Shown here: positions 19,201-28,244 of the stretch, piece by piece
Numbering within the stretch: position 1 is the first letter of the stretch
How the letters are laid out: every line of letters begins with the position of its first letter
IMG/VR virus record: IMGVR_UViG_3300008116_000011
Span: 1-64,000 of that record
From: a virus
Strand: one strand, 5' to 3'
DNA: 64,000 nucleotides
Position numbers and translations under genes: made by a program
The notes under the pieces: model-generated
The model's database searches: none
Seen by the model: only the letters and a program-made list of their open reading frames with translations
Told to the model about the DNA's origin: nothing

Positions 19201-20307
19201 AAGTGAAGGAGTAACAGTAACACTAGGAGTAACTGTAGTACTTGGAGTTATAGTTACTGTAGGTGTAATACTTGGTGTTATAGTAGAAGTTACAGTTACT
19301 GATGGAGTGATGGTAACACTAGGTGTTATAGTAGCTGTTGGTGTGATACTAGGAGTAGCTGTAATACTTGGTGTTATAGTATTAGTTGGTGTTATGCTTG
19401 GAGAAGGAGTTATTGTTGGAGTAACTGTAGCAGACGGCGTTATCGTTACTGTTGGAGTAATACTTGCTGTAGAAGTAATACTTGGTGTTATAGTGACAGA
19501 CGGGGTAATTGTTACTGTTGGTGTTAAAGTTGGTGTTACAGTTTCAGAAGGTGTGATTGTTACACTCGGAGTTATTGTGTTAGTTGGTGTTATAGTAGGT
19601 GTAACAGTAGCACTTGGGGTAACTGTTGCACTAGGTGTAACAGTAGCACTTGGTGTTATAGTAACAGACGGGGTTAAAGTTGGCGTTACAGTTTCAGATG
19701 GAGTGACTGTTACACTAGGTGTAACAGTAGATGAAGGAGTTACAGTTGGAGTTTCAGTTACTGAAGGAGTTATTGTTACTGAAGGAGTTACAGTGACAGA
19801 AGGGGTAACTGTTGAAGTAACAGTTACGCTTGGAGTTACAGTTACTGAAGGAGTTACTGTTTCAGAAGGAGTTACAGTTGGAGTACTTGTTAATGTTGGT
19901 GTTACAGTTACAGACGGTGTTACACTTGATGTAGGAGTAATTGTAGGTGTGTTAGTAACTGATGGGGTACGAGTTACTGTAGGTGTTATTGTTGCTGTTG
20001 GGGTTATAGATGGTGTTACTGTATTAGAAGGAGTTACAGTAGGAGTTACAGTTACACTAACACTAGGACTAGGACTTGCTGTAGAGCTAACTCCTGGAGT
20101 TCCTGATGGTGATGGTGTAATAGTAGCAGCAGGGGTTGTAGTTGTGCTAGGAGTAATAGTTGCTGTTGGAGTTATAGAAGGAGTAGGAGTCTGTGTTAAA
20201 GTAGGTGTAATTGTCACACTAGGAGTAAGCGCAGGAGTCGCTGTCATACTCACAGTGGGAGTTGGAGTTCTTGTAGGTGGGGGACTAAATATTATTATAA
20301 CAGACAT
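13255..20307 (-). CDS. Giant mucin-like Thr/Pro/Ser repeat protein with C-terminal globular/Cys domains (putative fibre/adhesin)
   Basis: 2350 aa; ~1600 aa of TP[ST]xT[VI] hexapeptides; two homologous CVTG.G...GTYT...NG.P.Y domains. Confidence 0.8.
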   Translation of the reverse strand: MSVIIIFSPPPTRTPTPTVSMTATPALTPSVTITPTLTQTPTPSITPTATITPSTTTTPAATITPSPSGTPGVSSTASPSPSVSVTVTPTVTPSNTVTPSITPTATITPTVTRTPSVTNTPTITPTSSVTPSVTVTPTLTSTPTVTPSETVTPSVTVTPSVTVTSTVTPSVTVTPSVTITPSVTETPTVTPSSTVTPSVTVTPSETVTPTLTPSVTITPSATVTPSATVTPSATVTPTITPTNTITPSVTITPSETVTPTLTPTVTITPSVTITPSITSTASITPTVTITPSATVTPTITPSPSITPTNTITPSITATPSITPTATITPSVTITPSVTVTSTITPSITPTVTITPSTTVTPSVTVTPSLTPSSTVTPSATITPTVTITPSVTETPTVTPSITATPSITPSTTFTPTVTVTPTITRTTSITPTPTITPSTSISPSITPTHTPTLTPFLSFSVTPSITPSISISPSITPSNTVTPSITPTSTVTPSATVTPSATVTPSATVTSTVTPSVTVTPSATITPSATVTPSVTITPSITATPSVTTTPSITATATVTPSVTVTPSATITPSITATATITPSATVTPSVTVTPTLTPSATITPTVTITPSATVTPTITPSNTITPSATVTPSVTITPSITPSATVTPSVTITPSITPTASITPTVTITPSATVTPTITPTNTITPSATVTPSVTVTPSATVTPSITPTVTITPSATVTPTVTITPSITSTATVTPSVTITPSITPTRTITPSATITPSVTITPSITPTNTITPSSTVTPSATITPTITPSNTVTPSATITPSVTITPSITPTRTITPSSTVTPSVTVTPSVTVTPSPTITPSITPTSTITPSITVTPSATITPTITPSRTVTPSVTVTPSITPSSTVTPSVTVTPTLTPSATLTPTATITPSATITPSITPTNTITPSATVTPTITPSRTVTPSTTVTPSVTITPSITPTRTITPTLTVTPSVTITPSSTVTPSVTITPSITPTITVTPSITPSITPTHTPTLTPFLSLSVTPTVTPSISITPTITATTTVTPSVTVTPTVTPSITPSITATVSPTLTPTSTVTPSVTASITPTRTITPSATVTPSATVTPTITPTNTITPSATVTPTITPTSSITPTPTITPTRTITPSATITPSITPTSTITPSVTVTPSVTITPSITPSSTITPSVTVTPSITATASITPTRTITPSRTITPSVTVTPSITPTATITPSVTVTPSVTITPSITPSSTITPSATITPTITPTSSITPTVTVTPSATITPTITPTRTITPSATITPSVTITPSITASPTVTPSSTITPSVTITPSITPTRTVTPSVTITPSITASPSITPTVTLTPSVTVTPSITASPSITPTRTITPSVTITPSITASPTVTPSSTITPSVTITPSITATATITPSVTITPSATITPSITASPTVTPTRTITPSITASPSITPTRTITPTVTVTLTVTPTATITPTITPTATITATATITPSSTITPSITASPTVTPSLTITPSATITPTITPTRTITPTITDTPTITPTTSVTPTITPSSTVTPSSTITPTVTRTASVTPTATITPTTTITPSITPTITRTPSRTITPTRTPTRSATRTPTVTRTPTVTTTPSPSSYDLSSICVTGAGSSQANGTYTVNGFVNGAPRYDKIGDANIQIRYSLANTLWELYDFNILQILYTTDAFAAPASRQVWENTWTLNGSGASPAPTVAKDACPEASPTPTLTITPTLTPTLTITPSITITPTRTPTKTITPTPTPTISVWINSNACVTGTGLTNGEGTYTFQNIVNGRPFYSRSYGGGLFSFQLYWDLNLFGIGNPGWRLYDTNSAVTFYSSADNVLYPWLVTNWNGSPPVTVTEGNCPDPTPTSTLTVTPSRTITPTLTPTRTITPSSTITPSITATPSITPSSTITPTITPSTTITPSITASPSITPSPSLPPTITPSASTSITPSITPSPSLPPTITPSRTTSVTPSITPSTSLPPTITPSRTPSVTPTTSPCPCFCGGTITNTGPTTNNISYQDCYGNTYNTSLEVSANLSLPCSSELGFFYLKYGSITGTQTFTVTYGTCDFNFPTASPTPTLTVSVTRTITPTPTLTRTITPSPSVALCSQAQSFSGGSAYPSSKTVSLGTDGGEVVLDFDADSVPDLFLVRFDGNIVIYAGYRGANSYRIGNSDRSSFTNSLTGKIDPVTGLTYPNINAYDVDSDGYPTVRSAAGSTSFIKTTSTTVAQVDVYAPMSTTVWYYTLNCPVPVPSITATRSPSPSITPTLTPTRSVTSTPVVTYSHGVLYCEGNTGTVISVNALNRFSYYRGTIGGCFEVISAASPSFLTGELFTPIDTDCSDAGCL
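15450..20285 (-). repeat. 18-bp-period degenerate tandem repeat encoding TP[ST]xT[VI]
   Basis: Visible periodic ggagt/ggtgt units; further shorter blocks near 14310-14700, 15020-15140, 13980-14070. Confidence 0.95.
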
Positions 20308-20319
20308 ATTCTTATAGTG

Positions 20320-20511
20320 TTAGCTTGGATCAAAATAAGGGTCTACATTATAAACATAAGCCTGATAAGTCTCCCCAGAAGCAGTAGTAAATGTAGCACA
20401 TCCACTAACATTATTAGCATAAACTATTATATCTACATATTCATAATTATAATTTGTATCATAATATAATACAGAAGCGGTTACATCAAATGAAGCACTA
20501 GCGTATGCCAT
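20320..20511 (-). CDS. Small structural hypothetical protein
   Basis: 63-aa ORF tightly packed in the tail operon. Confidence 0.55.
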   Translation of the reverse strand: MAYASASFDVTASVLYYDTNYNYEYVDIIVYANNVSGCATFTTASGETYQAYVYNVDPYFDPS

Positions 20512-20538
20512 TTTTATTTATATTTTTTAATTGTTCCA

Positions 20539-21534
20539 CTATCCTAAAGGCCCAGCAAATGTTTCAAATATAACACAAATCTCATCTCCATTTACATTAG
20601 CTGTGGCTAATATTAATTCCTCATATTGTGTTACACTTAATTCAAAAGAACATTCAGGGTCTTGTACGGTAATAATTATGCTCCCTGTATTGCTTGTTAG
20701 CGGAGATCCATAAGAACCTGTTACCTGGAATGTGTAAAAGGTTTGGTATACTCCAACTCCAAGGCCACTAAATGACATTGTTACAGTATTATTAGAACCG
20801 GTTGCAAAATAACTAACCTGTCCCCCAAACAATTGAATAGATTGATTTATAAGTGTGTTTCCTCGTAAATCATCATTAGTTAATGGAGATAAATTTAACA
20901 CAACAGGATCACCATAGTCACTTCTTATAATGTTAATAACATCATTATATGCAACAGGGGGTAAGGGAAATTCATTTTGAAGATTAGCATTTGTAATTAC
21001 TACAATACCTTCGGGATAAAATATATTTCCAACTTGTGTTTGTCCACTATATAGGTTTCCTTTACCATCATCTGTTATAACAAAAGCAGAAGAACTTAAT
21101 TGAAAAGTATAAGGTAAAACCTGCTCTCCAAACACACTAGGAGATATAGATAATATTTTTATAGAATCACTCACACCAGTTGGAAAAGTATTTATAAACC
21201 CAGGATCATTATTAAAATTAAAATATGATTGAGTTGGTCTTAACCCACTAGCTGATTCATAGTATATTGAAGAAGCAAGAGAAGCAGTTGATAAACTGCC
21301 TGAATATTGATGATAAAATAATTGGTTAATGAAATCATACATTAACCTATCATATTGCCCATTAGTTATGGGTTCCCCTTCAGGATTAAAAATACCTGGT
21401 ATGTTGGTTCCGTTATAAAAGCCAATATAGGGATCGTTTAAGGGTAAAGGGGAATAGTTAAAATTCCATTGTTTATTAGCTATAACGGGTGTTGTTATAA
21501 CATCTGAAGATTTTAACTTTTTGAATGATCCCAT
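20539..21534 (-). CDS. Tail/baseplate structural protein (N-terminal half of an apparently split paralog) with an added Ig-like segment
   Basis: FGEQVLP..F...ITDDGKGNL...GNIFYPEGIVVIT resembles the middle of 21556-22581; PVAYND...PLTND segment. Confidence 0.65.
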   Translation of the reverse strand: MGSFKKLKSSDVITTPVIANKQWNFNYSPLPLNDPYIGFYNGTNIPGIFNPEGEPITNGQYDRLMYDFINQLFYHQYSGSLSTASLASSIYYESASGLRPTQSYFNFNNDPGFINTFPTGVSDSIKILSISPSVFGEQVLPYTFQLSSSAFVITDDGKGNLYSGQTQVGNIFYPEGIVVITNANLQNEFPLPPVAYNDVINIIRSDYGDPVVLNLSPLTNDDLRGNTLINQSIQLFGGQVSYFATGSNNTVTMSFSGLGVGVYQTFYTFQVTGSYGSPLTSNTGSIIITVQDPECSFELSVTQYEELILATANVNGDEICVIFETFAGPLG

Positions 21535-21555
21535 GTAGCAACATTATTATATAAA

Positions 21556-22581
21556 TTAGTAGTCTAATTTTACTTTAATTAAGGCCTCTTTAGTAAAGTC
21601 TTTTACTAATGGTCTACTTAATTTAGCAACCGCTAATAACTCGTTTTGGTCATTGTAAAGACCTACTGTTGTTATAAACGTTTGAGGATTATTAATTAAA
21701 GTAGAATAAATCAAATTACCATTATTGTCTATAATAGATGGATTTGTTGTATAGTTAAAGTCTTGATTTTTTACTCTTGTAAAGAAATAATGAGCAGCTA
21801 CATTTTCAGCAGATTGTAAAGCAAAATAAGCTCCTGCAGAAATAGTATTATAAAAAGCACCATCTACATCATTATCTGCTCCTGGAGTTTGTACTGTAGG
21901 GTTAAATCCTATTCCACCATCACCGGCTGACTTAGATAAGGCTGTTGGATTCAATACAATAATATCATTATCAGGGAATAAATATCCATAAATAGAAGCG
22001 TTAGTAGCTACGTTTGGAGATTGTATTCCTTCACTTCCACTAATTAATGTATAATATAATAAACCATTAGTAGTATAATTAGTAGTTGAACTTACTTGGC
22101 TATTATCTGTTAGTGAAATTACATTTCCTCCGTTAGAAAGTTTTAATGTTAAAGAACCAGGTTGAATGTGTTCTTTATATCGGTTTCTAGCTACGTTAAT
22201 AATGTATATACCATTTGGATTATCACTACCAAACTCAAAACTTCCGCTTTCTGTTCCTAACAATAGTGTTCTATATTGTCCATATACTACCCTAGTAGGA
22301 GTAATAGATGAGCTATCTGGTAATTGAGCAGTTACTGAAGGGTTAATATATGCAGAACCACTACCATATTTGTTACCATACTGTACAGCAAATTGTACTG
22401 AAGCAGAAGTAGAAAGTGAACTTCCTGGAGCTTCAGCATATACATTAAGGTAAAAAGAACTTGTAATTACAGTAGAGGTATAAAAAGTAGTTAATAAATT
22501 GGTATTACCACTCCACATTGGGCGTACTACCGTTTCAACACTTACTACTGAATCTTCTGGAGTATATCTTACAAATGACAT
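21556..22581 (-). CDS. Tail/baseplate structural protein with C-terminal tail-collar-like domain
   Basis: ITTVGLYND.NELLAVAKLSRP; position in structural operon. Confidence 0.7.
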   Translation of the reverse strand: MSFVRYTPEDSVVSVETVVRPMWSGNTNLLTTFYTSTVITSSFYLNVYAEAPGSSLSTSASVQFAVQYGNKYGSGSAYINPSVTAQLPDSSSITPTRVVYGQYRTLLLGTESGSFEFGSDNPNGIYIINVARNRYKEHIQPGSLTLKLSNGGNVISLTDNSQVSSTTNYTTNGLLYYTLISGSEGIQSPNVATNASIYGYLFPDNDIIVLNPTALSKSAGDGGIGFNPTVQTPGADNDVDGAFYNTISAGAYFALQSAENVAAHYFFTRVKNQDFNYTTNPSIIDNNGNLIYSTLINNPQTFITTVGLYNDQNELLAVAKLSRPLVKDFTKEALIKVKLDY

Positions 22582-22591
22582 ATGTTATGTA

Positions 22592-23254
22592 TTAAGAATT
22601 TGTTTTTGTTATTACTAATGGAACAGTAATTCTAGCACCGCTATCTCTACCTAATACTGTTATTGTAGTTGTAATTTGATTTGAATTTGAACCAAATAAA
22701 GTATTAATTGTAGTACCAGTCAATGTAAATGAAGTACCAATCAATGTTTGGCTTACTTGTGAACCAAGTGTTTGGGTAACACCGGTTGGAGTAACTTCAG
22801 CTCCAGCAACTCCTGTAGATGAGAATGTAGATAAATATCTAACATCACCTACTGTTACAGCATATCCATTAGCTTCAAATGTACTTGTAGCTCCAAGATA
22901 GTTTAATGTTTGAGGAGTAATTGTTAAAGTTGCACCTTGTTTTAAATTAATACTGTTATAACCAATATTGATTACAGGTAGTTTAGCCGTTCCTCTTGGT
23001 AATGTTACCAATTTATAAATCATAATTTGCGTATCATCAGGAAACGCTTCAATTAACGGCATTGCTTCAATAGCTTGACCATAAAAGGCAGAACCTGAAG
23101 GATTTTGAGGATTATATAAGGTATAATCAACTTCATCATCTGCTAGAGAAAATTGGGTAATTTGAAAAGAACCATCATTACGAGCCATTAGTTCTCTACC
23201 TTTAGCTGTTAAAACTGCATCAATTGTTACAGTATTATTATTTAAAATAGCCAT
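22592..23254 (-). CDS. Conserved virion structural protein
   Basis: DAVLT.KGRE...ITQFSLADDEVDY motif. Confidence 0.7.
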   Translation of the reverse strand: MAILNNNTVTIDAVLTAKGRELMARNDGSFQITQFSLADDEVDYTLYNPQNPSGSAFYGQAIEAMPLIEAFPDDTQIMIYKLVTLPRGTAKLPVINIGYNSINLKQGATLTITPQTLNYLGATSTFEANGYAVTVGDVRYLSTFSSTGVAGAEVTPTGVTQTLGSQVSQTLIGTSFTLTGTTINTLFGSNSNQITTTITVLGRDSGARITVPLVITKTNS

Positions 23255-23302
23255 TTTTTACAATATATTTTGTTATAAATATTTAACTTTTATAAATTTA
23301 GA

Positions 23303-26300
23303 TTATGTTGTTGTATTAATTCCCACATCTATCAACTGTTGATTTACATTTTTCGTAATTTGATCAATATTATCTAGTACTGCTGGGTTGATATTTTGAG
23401 GTATGTTAAAGCCATAAGATGTTTTACCTACTGGTTTAGGAAAATCTAATATAATGCTGGTTTCGTCTTGTAATCTTTTTAAGAACAAAATTCTATAAAA
23501 TTTATTACATAAGTTTCCGAAGTATCCGTCTATATCTTCTTTAGTATAAATGTATACGTTTCCTGTTCCTCCTGCTATAGATGAACTTGCAACAGTATAT
23601 ACAAGTGCTGAGCCACTAGGGCTTTCGATTTGTGCTACTATTTTATCATTTTCTTCTAAAACGAATGGGTATAAAATATCTCCATAGGTAAGGTATAAAT
23701 TAGCATATGAAGCCGAAACAGCTGCATCTAAAGGATTAAAAAAGTAAGCAGGACCATAATACGGAGATAATGATGAACTTAAGAAAAAGGCATTTTGGGT
23801 TTGATCAACACATACCTTAGTATCAGTGGCTGTTAAAGTATTATTTGAAGGAACAACTTTTAAAATTCCACCTTCTTTTATTGTAGCAGAAGTTATTCCT
23901 GTTGTATTAGAGTCAACAAAAAATCTAAATTCTACTAAATCTCCAGGATTAGCAACTCCTAAAGTATCTACAATTACTGATCTTCTAAATGATAATAGTT
24001 GGGTTGATCCTCCACCTCCTGGGGCTGTTAATTGGCTATATAATTTTATAAAAGTATAATTAGAACTACTAAAGCCACTAGCTTGATCAGCCCAGAAAAA
24101 TCCTAAATTAGTTCTAAAAGTTTCTGAGTTAGCAAAAGAGAATGGTATTCCTGTTACTCTATATAACCTATAGGTAGTATTTGTGTTTATAGGTAATATA
24201 TTAAATGGAGTTGTATCTGTAGGTAAGTTATACTCATATATATCAAATCCTGTTGGTATTGTTATAGTCACAGATTGATCTTGTACTATAATATTACTAA
24301 ACCCGTTTGGAACTTGACCTAAAACTCCTCTATAAAACACATCATTAAATGGAGCTATAATCTTATTTTGATCAAGAAGAGTAGCACCTGCTGAGCTACT
24401 TAACCATACTTCCATACTAGCTGTAAGACTATTAACAGGGCTACTTACAGAAGCAGTAGCAGCAACATTAAAATTATAACTAAATTCATAGATACCATTT
24501 GCGGGTATTTGATAATAAGAAGATGTTACATTAATAGGAGTTCCTGTAGGATCAACTCCATTTCCTGGTCCAACGCCTGGGAAGAAATAAAGTCCATCAT
24601 TGTTGTTAGTATTAGTAGAATTAAATAAATTCCATACCTCATACATGTTTACAGATCCTATAAGTGAATAACTTGAAGAAGTAAAAGTAACACTTGATGG
24701 AATTACATCACCCTGATCAATATATATTGTAAAATATCTATTTAATATATTTTGTGAACCTAACTGAACTGGAACAAAAGCAGCACTTGAATCCCACTCT
24801 GCAGGAGTTGATTCATCTCCATAGGCATAATAAACAGGGAAATAAGCATATCCACTTTCGTATATAAATTTATTTCCATTAGTTTGTATCTGATTAGAAT
24901 ATTTTTGTGGATCAAATAAAGACACATTTAGTGTATCTCCAGTCTTAAATGTATTTTGTACTTCTACCCAATTTCTATTACGTTTATTTAGTTCAGTTAA
25001 TCTACCTGTTTCATCAACTAAATACTTTAATCTAACATTACTTTTATAAGGTAAATAAGTATTATCTACAACTTCAGTAAATAAACCTAATTTTTTAACA
25101 TAATAATTAATTACAGGAGAACTACCATAAGATACATCTCCAATAGACCATGTATTAAATAATCTACCATATAATTGAACACCATCATATCTTGGTGTAA
25201 CATATGAATGTAAAGAAAGATATGAATCTTGCAATTCAACTGATTCAGTTATAGAATAAGAAATATAATTAGCATTATTAGTTCCTGCAGAATATATTGG
25301 TACTAGTTTTTTTCTATATTCAGATGTTAAACTTACATCTATATTATTTTGCAATACATTAAAATCTGAATTTAAAAAGAAATTTTCAAATCTAGGAGAA
25401 TTATATTCTAATACAAATTCTGTACTACCACTAATAAACCCAGGAGGAACATACCCTACAGTATTGTTTACTAAAAACGGATTTCTATTGTTTTCTTCAA
25501 AAACTAAATAAGTATCAAGTTCAGAACCAGGTATAGCACCATCATAATAGTCGGCTTTATCTCCTGCTAAATAATAATAATAAGGATCATATATAGGTTC
25601 TAAAGAAGCACTATCTGTTGTAGTAGAAAATTCATTTGTTTGTGTAAATCTAGGTTCATATTGAGCAACCTTAGGTCGTTCAAGTACAGGTGATTTAATA
25701 GAAACACCTGTCCAAGTATTACCTCTGGCAGGAGTAAAGTCTTTGATCATTTTAAATAATGAATTATCAAAGAATTGTATTAATCTTATAAACCCACCAT
25801 AATCAAAAGGTTCATCAAATGTTTGCCCAAACCAATAATCACGTTCAAGTGATAAAGAAGGATATGTATTTAATTCTAAATCTCTAGGATCACCAATATA
25901 ATTGTCTATTACCCATGTTGGATCAACAGTAGTAATTGAAGCAGATACAGCAGCATCAATCTGTGTTTCTGGAGAAAATGAAACATCAATAAAGTGTAAA
26001 TCTTGGCTTTTTATAGCTCTAGACGAAGTTGGAGATGTTTCTAAACGTTTAATTGAAGATAAAACACTACCTGTAATAGTATTTGAACCTAAAGTAATTT
26101 TATTTGGGTTGTATCCTTTTAAATCCTGATAATCTGTTGTACCCCCATATTCTTTAATAGGAAGAATAGAACCAGTAATACCAAATGCAGTAATTAAACC
26201 TTGTAATCCACCATGTGATCCTTTAGTTTTAAATAAATAAGGTAAATTATGGTATAATCTTTTATAGTTATCTAATACTAAATCTTTTCTAGGTACGTTA

Positions 26301-27895
26301 TTTAAAAAACTACTTGATGGAGAATAATCACCATTAAAATCAACACTACCACTATATCCACCTACTTGATAATCAAGTACAGTTTGGTTACCTTGGGAAT
26401 TATAAAGTTTCATCCCAAATGATTCTAACCATTCATATACTAAATCTTGAGATATACCTTTATTTAAATTATTATCATTATCCCATACATCCGTTAATTT
26501 ATCTATATAAATCCAAATATTATCAAAATATTGACCTATCATATTAACAAACGTAATATAAGGTAAATAGTTATCCGGATCTTCTAATATATAAGAAGGT
26601 ATAGTATCTATTAAAATATCTTTATTATCTATATCATAAGCCACAGCTACATTAGAAGCAGTAGCATACCAACTTTGAGCTGTAGCTGAAGATGAAGCAT
26701 ATAGGCTATAAGGTTGGGTATTATTTGTTTTAGGATAAGGAGCTATATAATATTCAAGAAATGAACCTGTTTCTAATGTATATTCTACAATAGAAGAAGT
26801 TAATGAACTTGAATTAAAATATAAATAATATTCAAACCCATCAAATTTTGAAATAATTTCATTTAAACTAGAACTAGCTCTAGTTACAGAACCAATTAAA
26901 GATGGATTGCTAGCAGTTAAAGGAGTATTAACACTAATCTCAGATTGATAAGATTCAATCTCTCCTATTTTATACATAAAATTATACAACCTATTCTCAG
27001 CAGAACTGTAATGAACAAAATCATTAAGCGTGCTATAGTCTATATTAATATTAGTGTTTTGATTGTTAATAACATTTAAAACAACTTGATAATATGATCC
27101 TGTAAGAGATGATATAAGTTGAGTGTAATTACTATATGGTGTAGGTACTACTTCTTTAGTTTGTAAATCAATGTCAAAGTTAGGACCCTTTAAAGTAGGT
27201 TGTGGTAATGGAGAAATTAACTTATCAAGATTAAGATCAAATATGTACGGATTAATAATTTCCTCTACAATCCAAAAAGTATTTTTTAACCCTAAATTAG
27301 CAGGAAGTGGATTAGCCAATTTAAATAAAATACTAGCTTCTCCGGTGTCAGTAACAGTACTTAAAGCATTAACTGCTATTACTTGATTATTGTCTCCAAA
27401 ATTTAATATTACATAATAGTAATATGGAACTTCATTTTGTCTTTGAGTAAAATTAGTAACTATAGATAACAAACTTTCTGGAGACAACACAGTAGAGTTT
27501 ACTCTAATTTCTGTTCTGTCCGTAGAAATTTGTTGGATAAATAGTTGATTGCTAAATGGTTGACTAGCAATTTTTCTAAAAAAGTTATATCTAACTGTTA
27601 CTTCACCCGATTCATATCCTAAATTTTGGATATCCTGAATAGGATCTATTTCGATAGCAGGGAGTAAGCTTTGGGAATAACCTACATTAGAAGGTAATTT
27701 ATATGATTGATAATTATAATCCGAATTTAAAACACTTCCTCCAAGATCAAAAACAAAATATTCAATATAATCAGTAGAAGCACCAAATGTTTCTGACTGT
27801 ATACTAGGAACAAGTAATTGTTGATCCTGTAAGGGATAACGACTTACTATGTCTGTATCAAGAATCTGTCCTACTATTTTAATATTATCTGCCAT
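23303..27895 (-). CDS. Large baseplate/tail structural protein
   Basis: 1530 aa; LPYLFKTKGS motif typical of baseplate wedge-like proteins; context. Confidence 0.65.
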   Translation of the reverse strand: MADNIKIVGQILDTDIVSRYPLQDQQLLVPSIQSETFGASTDYIEYFVFDLGGSVLNSDYNYQSYKLPSNVGYSQSLLPAIEIDPIQDIQNLGYESGEVTVRYNFFRKIASQPFSNQLFIQQISTDRTEIRVNSTVLSPESLLSIVTNFTQRQNEVPYYYYVILNFGDNNQVIAVNALSTVTDTGEASILFKLANPLPANLGLKNTFWIVEEIINPYIFDLNLDKLISPLPQPTLKGPNFDIDLQTKEVVPTPYSNYTQLISSLTGSYYQVVLNVINNQNTNINIDYSTLNDFVHYSSAENRLYNFMYKIGEIESYQSEISVNTPLTASNPSLIGSVTRASSSLNEIISKFDGFEYYLYFNSSSLTSSIVEYTLETGSFLEYYIAPYPKTNNTQPYSLYASSSATAQSWYATASNVAVAYDIDNKDILIDTIPSYILEDPDNYLPYITFVNMIGQYFDNIWIYIDKLTDVWDNDNNLNKGISQDLVYEWLESFGMKLYNSQGNQTVLDYQVGGYSGSVDFNGDYSPSSSFLNNVPRKDLVLDNYKRLYHNLPYLFKTKGSHGGLQGLITAFGITGSILPIKEYGGTTDYQDLKGYNPNKITLGSNTITGSVLSSIKRLETSPTSSRAIKSQDLHFIDVSFSPETQIDAAVSASITTVDPTWVIDNYIGDPRDLELNTYPSLSLERDYWFGQTFDEPFDYGGFIRLIQFFDNSLFKMIKDFTPARGNTWTGVSIKSPVLERPKVAQYEPRFTQTNEFSTTTDSASLEPIYDPYYYYLAGDKADYYDGAIPGSELDTYLVFEENNRNPFLVNNTVGYVPPGFISGSTEFVLEYNSPRFENFFLNSDFNVLQNNIDVSLTSEYRKKLVPIYSAGTNNANYISYSITESVELQDSYLSLHSYVTPRYDGVQLYGRLFNTWSIGDVSYGSSPVINYYVKKLGLFTEVVDNTYLPYKSNVRLKYLVDETGRLTELNKRNRNWVEVQNTFKTGDTLNVSLFDPQKYSNQIQTNGNKFIYESGYAYFPVYYAYGDESTPAEWDSSAAFVPVQLGSQNILNRYFTIYIDQGDVIPSSVTFTSSSYSLIGSVNMYEVWNLFNSTNTNNNDGLYFFPGVGPGNGVDPTGTPINVTSSYYQIPANGIYEFSYNFNVAATASVSSPVNSLTASMEVWLSSSAGATLLDQNKIIAPFNDVFYRGVLGQVPNGFSNIIVQDQSVTITIPTGFDIYEYNLPTDTTPFNILPINTNTTYRLYRVTGIPFSFANSETFRTNLGFFWADQASGFSSSNYTFIKLYSQLTAPGGGGSTQLLSFRRSVIVDTLGVANPGDLVEFRFFVDSNTTGITSATIKEGGILKVVPSNNTLTATDTKVCVDQTQNAFFLSSSLSPYYGPAYFFNPLDAAVSASYANLYLTYGDILYPFVLEENDKIVAQIESPSGSALVYTVASSSIAGGTGNVYIYTKEDIDGYFGNLCNKFYRILFLKRLQDETSIILDFPKPVGKTSYGFNIPQNINPAVLDNIDQITKNVNQQLIDVGINTTT

Positions 27896-28244
27896 TCGTA
27901 CTGTTTGCTAGTTGTTCGGCCAAGTTTGCATTTTCAGTCTCAGCTGTTAATAATTGTTGTCTTAAATCTGTTATTTCTTGCAATAATGCTTGTATATCAA
28001 CATCATCAGCAAATTTAACACCTAAATATTCTGCTTCTCTTTGTAAGATATATCTATGAGAGTCAATATCTCCTTCTTTAGGAATATCAAAAAATAACTC
28101 ATCATACAAAGCAAAAAAATCTTCTATTGTTACTTCTGGAGCAACAGATTCAGGTGAATTTAATTCTCTAAATTGAGTGTCGATAACTTTAGGGAATCTA
28201 TTCTTGTCATATATAGCGCGTTGAACAGGAATATTTTCTGCCAT
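27885..28244 (-). CDS. Structural-module hypothetical protein with C-terminal coiled coil
   Basis: Overlapping start/stop with neighbours. Confidence 0.6.
   Translation of the reverse strand: MAENIPVQRAIYDKNRFPKVIDTQFRELNSPESVAPEVTIEDFFALYDELFFDIPKEGDIDSHRYILQREAEYLGVKFADDVDIQALLQEITDLRQQLLTAETENANLAEQLANSTNGR

Noticed and set aside
15450-20285. Possible CRISPR array
   Set aside because: Degenerate 18-bp coding periodicity with no constant repeat / unique spacer structure
14435-20317. Long plus-strand ORFs with GVIV/GVTV repeats
   Set aside because: Antisense shadows of the Thr/Pro repeat codons; the minus-strand ORF is continuous and fits the operon
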